A stretch of DNA of 64,000 nucleotides from the human T2T-CHM13v2.0 reference genome, Homo sapiens: NCBI RefSeq assembly GCF_009914755.1, contig NC_060937.1; one strand, written 5' to 3'. Position 1 is the first letter of the stretch. Each line of letters starts with the position of its first letter. The notes beneath the pieces are model-generated. The model had not been told where the DNA came from. It worked only from the letters and a program-made list of their open reading frames with translations, and did not search any database. Below are positions 41,878 through 56,029 of the stretch, piece by piece. The position numbers and the translations under genes are program-made.

Positions 41878-42964
41878 TCAAGAGGAAGTTCCTCTCATTT
41901 TCACTATTCGTCCCCCATTTTTCCCTAGAAAATGTCTCACTTCCCTGAGGAAGCTCAGAGAGTACAATTATGTTTTCATGGGCTAGGTACTAGAGGATCT
42001 ATAAAAACCCTCCAAAGCAAGACTGCATCAACATAGCAGAAATCAGTGTCTGGAAATTGTGTGGTGACATACAATTGGCCTTCCTGCTTTTGATTTGCAG
42101 CTGATATTTTTCTTATGCTGGGACAAGAGGAGATGGTGGCAAATTTATTCTCACTTCTTGGTTTTTAAGCCATAACCACAAACATTTCTGTCTATGTCAT
42201 CAGGAGAAACCTTTTAAAAACATTTTGCTATGTTTTTTCTTCTCCCTCCAGTAAAAATTTTGGTATTTTATTTGATGTTTACATTAAAATGTGACATTAT
42301 ACATGGCAAATCAAATTCCTGTTAGCTGTTTTGTTTGAGGAACACCATTAAAGGAAAAATATAGTGCTTGTTCAAAAAAAGGTTGCCCATGTTTGTATTG
42401 TTATATTGTTGTTGGTTTTTTTAGTCCTCTATATGAGAACAGGGTGTTTGTAGAGGGTGAACATTTCTAAAGCCTTCAGCTGGCAGTGTTTTTGTCTGTG
42501 CATTTAGTCTGAGACTGAGGAAAAAAAGAGATATTTAGATAGAATACATGTAGGATAAATTTATTTTTGGGTGAAAATAGTTTTGATTAAATGAAACTGC
42601 AATAACATTAATAGAAATTAGTTTTTCCAAGAGATCCTATTGTTCAGTCATATGTAATGTTAAAAATTGCATCATATTGAAAGTAATATCAGAAGGTATG
42701 ATATAACACTATACAAATTCAAGAGTAAACCATTAATGCTAATATATTTTATATGACTTCAAGAACTAAAAGAAAAGATTATGAGATGCAAACTATAAAG
42801 ATAGCTTGGGAGTCTCAGAGAACAAAGGATGGTATGACAGGGAAAATAGTTTATTAAGTTTCTATTGCCATATATTTGCATAGTTTTATTTTTAATAATG
42901 CTCACATGTTCATTTTAAAATTTTAGAAAAAACTGAAATACAGTTTGCAAGTTCAAAATATAAA

Positions 42965-45900
42965 CGTGATTCCATGTGCATGGATAGAAAGATTAATATT
43001 GTTAAAATGGCCATACTAACCAAAGCAATTTACAAATTCAATGTTATTCCTAACAAACTACCAATGACATTCTTCACAGAATTAGAAAAAAACTATTATA
43101 AATTTGACTGGAACCAAACAAGAGCCCAAATAGTCAAAGCAGTCTTAAGCAAAAAGAGCCAAACTGGAGGCATCACATTACCCAACTTCAAACTATACTA
43201 TCAGGCTACAGTAACTAAAAAAGGATGGTACTGATATAAAAATAGACACATAGTTCAATGAAACAAAATAGAGAGCCCAGAAAGAAAGCCACACACCTAC
43301 AACCATCTAATCTTTGACAAAGTCAACAATAATAAACAATGGGGAAAAGACTCCCTATTCAATAAATGGTGCTGAGATAACTGGCTAGGCACATGCAGAA
43401 GACTGAAACTGGACCCCTTCCTTCACCATATACTAAAATCAACTCAAGATGGATTAAATGTTGGAAGTTCTGGCCAGGGCAATCAGGCAAGAGAGAGAAG
43501 TAAAGGGTATTCAATTAGGAAAAGAGGAAGTCAAATTGTTCCTGTTTGCAGATGACATGATTGTATATTTAAAAAACCCTGTTACGTCAGCCCAAAATCT
43601 CCTTAAGCTGATAAGCAGCTTCAGCAAAGTCTCAGGATACAAAATCAATGTGCAAAAATCACAAGCATTCCTATACACCAATAACAGACAAACCGAGAGC
43701 CAAATCATGAGTGAACTCCCATTCACAATTGCTACAAAGAGAATAAAATACCTAGGAATCCAATTTACAAGGGATGTGAAGGAACTCTTCATGGAGAACT
43801 ACAAAGCACTGCTCAATGAAATAAAAGAGGACACAAACAAATGGAAGAATATTCCATGCTCATGGATAGGAAGGATCAATATTGTGAAAATGGCCATACT
43901 GTCCAAGGTAATTTATAGATTTCATGCCATCCCCATCAAGCTACCAATGACTTTCCTCACAGAATTGGAAAAAAACTACTTTAAAGTTCATATAGAACCA
44001 AAAAAGAGCCCACATAGCCAAGACAATCCTAAGCAAAAAGAACAAAGCTGGAGGCATCACACTACCTGACTTCAAACTATACTGCAAGGCTACAGTAACC
44101 AAAACAGCACAGTACTGGTACCAAAACAGAGATATAGACCAATGGAACAGAACAGACCAGAGGCCTCAGAAATAACACCACACATCTACAACCATGTGAT
44201 CTTTGGCAAACCTGACAATAACAAGAAATGAGGAAAGGATTCCCTAGTTAATAAATGGTGCTGGGAAAACTGGCTAGCCACACCTCTCAAAAGACATTTA
44301 TGCAGCCAACAGACACATAAAAAAATGCTCATCATCACTGGTCATCAGAGAAATGCAAATCAAATCCACAATGAGATACCATCTCACGCCAATTAGAATG
44401 GCGATCATTAAAAAGTCAGGAATCAACAGATGCTGGAGAGGATGTGAAGAAACAGGAACGCTTTTACACTGTTGGTTGGAGTGTAAATTAGATCAACCAT
44501 TGTGGAAGACAGTGTGGTGATTCCTCAAGGATCTAGAACTAGAAATACCATTTGACCCAGCAATCCTATTACTGGGTACATACCCAAAGGAGTATAAATC
44601 ATGCTACTATAAAGACACATGCACACGTATGTTTATTGTGGCCCTATTCACAATAGTAAAGACTTGGAACCAACCCAAATGTCCATCAATGATAGACTTG
44701 ATTAGGAAAATGTGGCATATATACACTATGGAATTCTATGCAGCCATAAAAAAGGATGAGTTCATGTCCTTTACAGGGACATGGGTGAAGCTGGAAACCA
44801 TCATTCTAAGCAAACTATCACAAGGACAGAAAACCAAACCCTGCATGTTCTCACTCATAAGTTGGAATTGAACAATGAGAACACTTGGACACAGGGCGGG
44901 GAACATCATGCACTGTCGGGGGTTTGGGGGCTGGAGAAGGGATAGCATTATGAGAACTACTTAATGTAAATGACGAGTTGATGGGTGCAGCAAACCAACA
45001 TGGCACATGTATACCTATGTAACAAACCTGCACATTGTACACATGTACCCTAGAACTTAAAGTATAATAATAATAAAAAAGATGTATTAAAGACTTAAAT
45101 AAATGTAAAACAAAACGAAACAAAAAACTATATGAAGAAGAAAGGCTAGGAAATACCTTTCTGGATATTGTCTTTGGCAAAGATTTCATGACAAAGACTT
45201 CAAAAGCAAATGCAACAAAAACAAAAATTGACAAATGGAACCTATTTAAACTAAAAAGCTTCTGCATAGGAAAAGAAACCATCAACAGAGTAAACAGACG
45301 ATCTAAATAATGGGAGAGAACATTTGCAAATTATGCATCCAACAAAGGCCTAATATCCAGCATCTATAAGGAACTTCAACAAATCAACAATTAACAAGCA
45401 AAAACAACCCCATTAAAAAGTGAGCAAAGGACATGAACACTTTCCAAAATAAGACACACACAGTCGAAAAGCATTTGAAAAAGTGTTCACCATCACTAAT
45501 CATTAGGGAAATGCAAATAAAAACCACAATTGGATACTACATCTGACGCCAGTCAGAATGGCTATTATGAAAATACAAAACAAAATAGATGCTGGCAAAG
45601 TTGTGGAGAAAAGGGAATGCTCATATAGTGCTAGTGGGAATTTAAATTAGTTCAGTCATTGTGGAGAGCAGTTTGGTAATTTCTCAGAGAACTTAAAACA
45701 GAATCACCATTCAACCCAGCAATCCCATCATTGGGTATATGCTCAAAGGAATATAAATCATTCTACCATAAAGACACATGCATTTGTATGTTCATCACAG
45801 CACTATTCACAATAGCAAAGACATGAAATCAACCTAGATGCTCATCAACGGTAGATTGGATAAAGAAAATATGATATATATATATACCACAGAATATTAC

Positions 45901-46255
45901 ACAGTCATAGGAAGGAACAAAGTCAGGTCTTTTGCAGAAACACAGATGGAGTTGGGGGCCATTATTCTAAGCAAATTGATACAGGAACAGAAAAACAAAT
46001 ACTGCATGTTCTCACTTATCAACGAGAGCTAAACATTGGTACATGTGAACACAAATAAGGGAACAACAAACACTGGGGCCTACTTGAGAGCAGAGGGTGA
46101 GAGAAGGAGGAGGATTGAAAAACTACCTACCAGATACTATGCTGATTACCCAGATGACTAAATTATCTGTACACCAAACCCCTGCCACATGCAATTCACC
46201 CATATAACAGACCTGCACATGTACTCTCAAACTTAAAATAAAAGTTGAAAAGTAA
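42965..46255 (+). mobile_element. Older L1 (L1PA15-16/L1PB-like) 3' part, split by a younger L1
   Basis: ORF2 at 42965-43458 resumes at 45079 (gatgtattaaagacttaaat). The 3'UTR ends cttaaaataaaagttgaaaa. Confidence 0.9.
43459..45078 (+). mobile_element. Younger 5'-truncated L1PA nested in the older L1
   Basis: RT remnant [10 protein letters not shown] (ORF 43458-44069). The 3'UTR ends tagaacttaaagtataataa. TSD aagatggattaaa / aagatgtattaaa. Confidence 0.9.
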
Positions 46256-48619
46256 ACAAAATATAAATGTTATATATGTGTGTGAGAATATGAAATACCA
46301 AAAATTAATTTCAATTTTGTGCTTTCACTTTATTGTGACATGGGAGATAACTGTCAAGCCCAAATTGACTGTATTGGTTTTCAAAGGTTTGATTTTAAGG
46401 AAATCTGGGAATCAAAAATCATATGATGCCCAGGCATAGTTTTACTCAGAAAAGTTACCAGGTATCTTATTCTGTTTTTAAATGGGAAACACTGAGAACT
46501 TATATCAGAATCAATTCTCATAGCAATTAGGTAAAATATTAGTAAATATAATCTAAAAGAAGAGATTTCTTCCCAGTGCCTATCATTATGTGGTAAGATC
46601 AGTCATCTAATTCTACAAATTAATAATGAGGTATCAAAATAATAGTCCCCATGTGCAGAGTTATGACAGTGAAAAATTTCTTCAAATTTGTTTTTAGAAC
46701 TGGAAGAAAACAAGACAAAAAGAAAAAAGAAAATAAAGAAAATTATCAGAATATTACTAGGCATAAGATAAAGTGTTTTCTGGTCATTACATCATATTTT
46801 GCATAATGTCCATATCGGATGGCCAAATTAATGCCTGAAAGGTGTTTGATTAGCAAGTAACAAGTCATGAAGAATAATGACCTAAAACTTTAACTCTCTA
46901 ATTATTTATCCCAAGGGAATTGGAATTCTACATCCATTTTATCAGAGTGTGCTTTTTCTGAGAAAGGACTGGAGATACACTGACACGTCACAATTCTTTA
47001 AGACCCTCTCTTTTTGCAGCTTCCATCGCAAAGCACCATCCTTCTATTAACCCAGCATTGCTTCAGAAAGCAAGGTTACAATAAAATTGATTAGGCAAAC
47101 ACTTTCTTTAGTTACACTGCTGTTGATAAAATCAGGTCGCCCTAATTGGATTTAGGTTTTTTTAAAGACTCATAAGAAAACATATACAAACCATTTCTTA
47201 AACTAGTTTTCTACAGATTGTCAATGACATTCCCTATGTGCTAAATGTTACTATTTTCGGCATTAAAGACTGACTTTCTACTGACATTGTCCCCAATTTC
47301 TCTCTTTCTGCAGTCTTCTGTTTTTGGAGTAAATACTCTAAAAAGTGATGAATAATATGTCTATTTTTATGTTTCAACCAAAACTGTTCTTAGAATCTAG
47401 CAGTCAAAAGTTAGTTAGAAACTCGTTGACCCATACACTTCTGCTTTCTGCAAATTTCTGAATGCCTGTCTTCTACAACCAGTAAGTTGAAAATGACAGA
47501 TAAATTAATTGGAAGACTATGTTCTCTATCATCGTATTAATTGGAAAACTATGTTCCCTATCATTCTGTTTACTATCTGTCTCACAAAAGATTGTTTTTC
47601 ACATGACATAAAATGATGTTATAGCTTCTAATTACTTATCTTTGAAAGATCTTACTAAAAATATCACATTTTAGTATACTGTTTCTTTTTGGAAGCTAGT
47701 AATTAGAACAGCGTTCTTTAATTAAAATAAACTGAATATCATTTACAGAGCCATAGCCTGTGGGAATACGATCTTAAATTCCTGCTTAAAAGGCAAATCA
47801 TTAATATAATATCAAATAATAAGTGTGTCTCTATTCTGAATTTAGTAAACTTACTTTTTAACTATAATAATAGTGATGCAAATATGTATTCTGTAAATTC
47901 TTATGAAAAATTTTAAGAATAATAGGTTATCACAAATAAAAAGAAGCTATGAATGCTAAAGAGATTACATTTTCCTAAGAAATTGTAAATTCTAAAACAG
48001 GAAATTTTATCTCCTCAATGTAATGAAACCATAGGGTGTCACTTGATGGTTTTGTAAGTTGCAATAATGGATAAGTTCATTATCCATAAATGAGCTTAAA
48101 ATATAAGTTCAATATTTTAAAAGTTGAAATAACAAATGTAAAACTGAGGAAAAATTAAAGGCCCCAGAAATCTTAAAGGTCACCTTACATGAACAGTACT
48201 TTGTAGTTACATTCTGAGAGCAAGAATGAGAAAAGAAATCAATGTACTCAACTTCTCCCGTTCATAATTCCACTGTTTTCAAAGAAAACATGACAATTCC
48301 ATGATTTCTTTCCATATTTCTAGGTTTATATGACTAATGAGAGTATCGACTAGCATTTACTGATGTATAAGGCTTCTACTTGTACTGAATTGAGAAAGGT
48401 TTCTTATTCTCTAATTTCTGTGGAACTAACTGAGATATTCAAATTACAGCTGAAACATGGCCCAAGTGCTGTCCCTGGAGTCAGCCATAGGTTGGATATT
48501 GCTGTAGCAGAAGTACTTATTCATGCTTCCCATTTTGTCACACATAATGTTAAAATGGCATGTTCTTAGGTGCTAGGATTTAATAAAATTGATACATTTT
48601 CAGTCTATATCAAGGACAT

Positions 48620-50082
<1,463 letters not shown>

Positions 50083-51041
50083 TTGTTTATTTTATGGCAA
50101 TTCTGTTGCAGTGAAGCATACAGTGACTTTAGTCACTGGCATTCATAGGTGGTTTGTCAGCATTCCTCAGCCAAAGACTACATAGTTTTCCTCAGCAAAA
50201 TGAAGGAAGATTGGAGATGTTATAACCAGAGCATAGAAGTTACTGATTCATTGAGAAAGGGTAGCATATTTTCTTCCTTTGCCCACCAGATCATAGGAGT
50301 TGAAGATCCAAGAGCAGAGAATCATTTCAAGCCATTCCTTTCTGAAATTTTGAGGCACCATCTTTGCATATGGGTTTTATGCCACAATGGCATTGAAGAG
50401 GCAAATTAGGAAAGGCAGCTTGAAGTGTGTGGGGAAGAGAAGAAGCTTGAAGCAGATGATAGACACTTTGAAAGGCCCCATAGTATGGGAGAACAAGTAA
50501 ATTCCCCTTTGCTTCTCAGCCCCAAGAAAGGTATGGGAAGGCTGAGCATGTACTGATTCACTTGAGGAAACTGGAAGGTTAGGATGCGGAAGACATAACA
50601 GGCCTACGTAGATCTGACAGTCAGGCACAGTAATTATCTGATCACACAGTCTCATACTCAAAGACCAGCCAAGTGAATGAATGATACTATAATCAAAGAC
50701 AAAAATGGCTGTGGAGGGGAACTCTTCCACACAAACCCTGATGCTAAGTAAGCACACTCTTGACCTCTTTCTAGAACTTAGACTTTAACTTAAAGTAGGG
50801 TTTATAATTTTTTTTCTATTACCATCTCCCTATCAAGGGCCTTCTAGACATTTTTTCCCCAGTTTCCCATTCTACATGGAATTTTAATACCACAGATATA
50901 TGATATATCTGTTTATGTACTCTATATATAGTTGTATTTCAAAAATAAAAAGAATAAAATGTTTTTACCCACCTCCAAGAATCATTTTTCACCTCTTTGG
51001 AAGTTATATTGACCATTAATTATGCAAAGCATGCCCATAAG

Positions 51042-51375
51042 CAATGTTTCTCAAGCTTTTTGTCCTAAGCATGCTTTACATTCTTTATAATTATTCAGGA
51101 TTATAAAAAGCTTTTATTTATTTTGCTTACATATATCAATATTTACCAAATTCAAAAGAAAATGAGAATAAATCCATGAATTTATAAATTTGTTTAAAAT
51201 AACAATAAGTTATGTGCTACAAATTAATATAAATTAAATACTTTTGTGAAAATAACTGTGTAATCCAAAACAAAAAGCAAATTTGGAAGAGTGACATTGG
51301 TTACAATTTTGCAAATCTTTTTGATGGCTTACATAATGGAAGTTACTTAGATTCTTGTAGCTGCCTCTACATTTA
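51042..51375 (-). mobile_element. Charlie1-type hAT DNA transposon terminal fragment
   Basis: caatgtttctcaagctttttgtcctaag...aaaagcttttattta...gaagagtgacattggttacaattttgcaaatcttt. Confidence 0.6.
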
Positions 51376-53599
51376 GGGCTCTATAATGTTTTTCCTTTCA
51401 TTTAAATAAAAATGGAGTAGAAATTATTAATACTTCTGTATTATAAGTAATTTCAAAACAAAGGCATTTTATTTGGAGAAAACAATATGTAAACAATGGC
51501 TACAATGACAACGTGTCAGTGTGTCAGTATATAGTATGTTTTTTATATTTGTTTTGAATATTGCTCTTTTAAAAGTTTACCAATAATTATAAAAGAATTG
51601 TATATCTTTGGGAAAGACATTTATTAACTAACATTGACTTACAAATCCTGTAAAACAGGTTATTAATAGGAAATATTAACATAATATTATCAGAAATTAA
51701 ATGGTAAGTACTTTATATATGGTTGTATTTTAAAATGTTTCAAAGAATCTGTAACTCATTTATTCTAATTTACTAGAGCCTATATTCTGATACTTTATAA
51801 AGAAACAAGATTATGGAAGAATTAGTGTTGTTCTAAGAAAAGTTTTGAAAGACATTTAATTATAAATTATTAGATGCTTTAATATAAATAATTAATTTTA
51901 AATAAAAGTAATCTTAAATCTCAAGAATTCTTAAATATTAAATTTTACAAAACTATTTTAAGAACACAGAAAAGTCTACTTAATCAACTCACTTGGTTAT
52001 CTATCTCACTGAGACTCATATGTGGACATCAAGATTGAACAATGAAATCAACATCAGTTGCTCCAGATGGACTCCTTAGGGATAAGCCTAAACTTCACAT
52101 ATGGTCTTAATTCAGACAGAGAATGCTTAACAGTTACAACATGTAAGAGGCTCTTGAGTTAGAATAAGATAGAAATGTTCTTAAATGGTTCAAGGAATTC
52201 TAACCAGATGCATATTCAACATATTAATGATTCGGCTTCCAAGCTTAATTTCACCTGCAATAGTAATTGATTTTACAAGTTTTCCCAATCTCCCATTTAT
52301 GTACTTGCCATCTGGAAATGCCTCATATCGTGACAGTGTTAACTCTATGCATAATAAGCTATTGGAAAAATGCGCAGAACTTACAGTTTAGTTTATCATA
52401 TATACCACACCTAAGAAATGGTCTTCAATATTCAAGTCATATATTCAATTAGAGAAATGTATGTGCAAATATATAGTATTATACTACATAATGGTATGTT
52501 ACTTAGCAGTAATTTTTTTATAAACTACAGCCAATAGGCAACACAGATTTATAAAGCTTAAGTGCAATAAATATTTTTGAACTGAACTATTAATATTCTA
52601 TAAAACATTTTCAGAATATAATAAAAATTACATTTTTGTAAAGGCTATTTTTGAACAATAAGATGTGTTCTACACATACTTGCATTTTTGCTTTCTTGAC
52701 CTAAACCAGAAGGTTAATATAAGCAACACATTTCAACTTTAAAGAAGATTTCAAATAAAAAAAAATACCGTTACATAAAACTGCAAGATATTCATTAATA
52801 AACTGTCTTTTGTTGTTCATCAGTTTCATCTGTAAGTTTGACAAGTTACTACAAATGATAGATTTGAGTGGCACAGGACCGTTATGTTTTCAAAAGTCTC
52901 TTTCAGAAAGATTTCTACATAGTAAATTGTCACTAGAGACTTGTGTTTGAATTCTTCATACTTAATGATCCATGGTGCTGCATTAAATTTTATGTAAGAA
53001 AATAGCATATTCAAAGAAGCTATCTACTGTAGAGTAGATCTCAGTTTTGATAATTTTATATGAAAATCACCTCCAAGGAGTCTTAAAAGCATTTTCAAAG
53101 TGCTTTGAATGAATGTTCACTAACCTAATATGTGTAAGTTGAAGAGCATATGATGTACATTAATGGAGTAAAAACTTCTTAGACCTTTCCATTTTGGGGT
53201 TGTTTGTGGTGATTTATATTTATTTTAGTCCATTTTGTACTCTTTTATAAAACAGCTAAGGTTAGCCATAAGATTCAGTGAAGCTATTTGAACTTCAATG
53301 AAAATGCTCAACCCAAATATCTGTGTCATAACATAATACATGGCACGTGTCTGGAGTTTCTAATAATCCTGAAGAAATAAAAACCCCATATGTTAATATG
53401 AAAACATTTGGAGCAAAGCGTAAAAGTTTTTCTCAGTAATATATTCTGATTTTATGATTTCTGGTAGTGCTGGTTAGATGAAAGGGGTGAAAATGAATTA
53501 TATGTTCTGAAATGAAGTGAAAAAATGGTTTTATTTTTGTTTGTTTCATATTTTGGAGTTTTTACAATATCAGTAAGAATGGTGGCTTTCCCCCCCTAG

Positions 53600-53832
53600 A
53601 TTTTTAAATTTTTTACTAATTTATTTTTAATAAGCAAATAATTGTTGTATATATTTATGGGGTACCATGTGATGTTTGATCTACATATACATTTTAGAAA
53701 GATTCCATCAAGCAAATTAACATATCCACCAACTTATTTTTTTCATGATGAGAAACATTAAAAATCTATTATTTTAGTAATTTTGAAATATACAATACAT
53801 TATTATTATCTGGGTCACTGTGCAGTGCTATA
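53600..53832 (-). mobile_element. L1MA 3' end fragment
   Basis: tatatttatggggtaccatgtgatgtttga...ttttgaaatatacaatacattattatta. Confidence 0.8.
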
Positions 53833-53877
53833 CCCCAAAATTTTAACTACTGCCCCAAAGAGCAGTCAACAAGAGGG

Positions 53878-54010
53878 GGAGCTCTGCAGCCAGAGAACTA
53901 GAGTGTGCATCCTGTCCTCAGTTCCTATTAACTGTGTAACCTTAAATAAATATTTGATATATTGGTGCAGCAGATTCCTTATATGTAAATGAAGATGTTT
54001 TTCTGCAATA
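53878..54010 (+). mobile_element. MIR fragment
   Basis: actgtgtaaccttaaataaa...cagattccttatatgtaaatga. Confidence 0.5.
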
Positions 54011-54779
54011 AATTCTTTTGAAATATATTTTTTCAAATGCATTTAGAGACAAAAATTTAGCATTTCTGAAGACTTTATATTTATTAATTTTACCCCAACT
54101 TTAATTTGGTTTTAAAGAAAACCGGAGAAATATATGAAGTGAATATAGTTTAATTTTATCACAATCTGTATATAGTAGCAATTTCTCCATAAACTGATAA
54201 AAGTGGGTTGCTCTTGTGCCATTTATTTCTGAGTGACACATTATTATTTCTCCAATGAATAAGTGGTGAACAAAGAAAGATTGCAGAGGTGGTAGTAAAG
54301 CCTGGTTAAGATTATACTGATTTGAGTATAAATGTATATTTATGTATTTATTTATTTATATGGTAATCACATGGAAAAAAGTTAGCCAGGCCTTTAGCTT
54401 GATTAGAAAAAGAAAAATAACATTATGTGGGAAAATTCTATTCTCTTTAGAGGTTTAGCACATTACATGAGTAAACACTTTGTAGTAAAGGTCTAATTAA
54501 AACAAATTTAGAAAAGTCTAAAATGCAGTTTGTACAATGTAATTTAAGAGTGAATGGAATATATGGAGTGGCTGGGCTTCTTAAAATATCAGATGGAGTG
54601 GATTTTATTATATTAACAGGGTTTTGGACAGCATAGAGACACGTTATGACTGTGTCAAATATTTTGCATCACAAATTTAAAAGTGAATGGATTTTGATGA
54701 ATTGCAAAATTATAAAAAGTGCAGACAGAATATAAATGATTAATATCTGGAATCTTTAGAATAATGCAGTAAATATTAA

Positions 54780-56000
54780 TTTTTTATTTTTAAATGAAAT
54801 GTAACTTACATACGATAAGATTCACTATTTTAAAGCGTACAATTCAGTTATTTTAACATTTCTCAAAGTTTTACAACCATTACTGCTATAACATTTCAAA
54901 ATATTTGCATCGGTTGTCCTCAAAAAACTGCACTGTTAGCATTCACACCTCGTTCTCTTTTTCCCTGGCCTCTGACAATGACGCATACTTTCTGTCTCTA
55001 TGGATCTGTGTATTCTGGACATTTCATAGAAATGCAGCTATACAATATGTGGCCTTTGGAGTCAGGTTTATTTTTTACTTACCATGCTGTTTACAAGATT
55101 CCTGTATGGTGTGACATGCAACAATATTTAATTCCTTTTTATGGGTACATAATATTCTATTGTATGATATACCACATTTGTTTATCCATTCACCAATTGA
55201 TCAGCATTTGAGCTGTTCCACCTTTTGGCTACTATGGATAATTCTGATGCAAACATTGATGAGTGAATTTTTGCATGGACATATATTTTCTTATTCTCAT
55301 GAATGGAATTGATGGATTCTGTTTTAACTCAACATTTTAATTTTTAAAGAAACTGTCAATTTTTTAAAAATATTAATTTCCTAGGACTATGATAACAAAT
55401 TACCCCAAGAACAGTGGCTTAAAATAACAGAAATTTATAATTTCAAGTTCTGGAGGATAGAAGTCCAAAATCAAAGTGTCAAGGGCTCCTGATTTTCTTT
55501 GAGGATATAAAAAAAAATTATTTCTTGCCTCATCCAGCTTCTGGTGGCTCCTAGAGTATTTGGACTATGACTGCATCACTCCCATCATTGCCCCTCTTCT
55601 TCACATGGACTTCTTCCCCATGTGTCTCTCTCTTCTCTTCTCTTCTCTTCTTTTTATGAGATCTTCAGTTACTGTATTTGGGCCTGACTTAAATCCAGGA
55701 TGATTTAATTTAGAAATCCTTAGCTAATTACAACTTCGAAGACCCTATTTTAAAATAAGGTCATATTATGACATTTTGGGTGGACGGGAATTTTGGAGAG
55801 ACAGCAATGAACCCACTACCGTGACTGAACAATTTTACATTTCCATAAATTGTGAGGATTTTAATTTTTTCACATTGGCATCAACATTTGTTATTGTCTT
55901 TCTGATAACTATTGTAATAGAAGTGGAATCTCATTATAGGTTTTACTTACATTTCCCTTTTGTCTAACAATACTGAACATATTTTCATGTGCTTGTTATG
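54780..56000 (-). mobile_element. Old L1MB/L1ME 3' end, interrupted by an MLT1 LTR
   Basis: ttttaaagcgtacaattcag...tattctggacatttcatagaaatg...ataccacatttgtttatccattcaccaattga. Confidence 0.7.
55370..55820 (-). mobile_element. MLT1B/C-like MaLR solo LTR
   Basis: taacaaattacc...gtggcttaaaataacagaaattta...ttctggaggatagaagtccaaaatcaaagtgtc...gaagaccctattttaaaataaggtca. Confidence 0.8.
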
Positions 56001-56029
56001 CACCCTGCTCTTGTTTTGTGGAGGGGTCT

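Noticed and set aside
43458-44069. 203-aa ORF with an FADD motif
   Set aside because: RT remnant of a 5'-truncated, promoterless L1 that frameshifts at its end.
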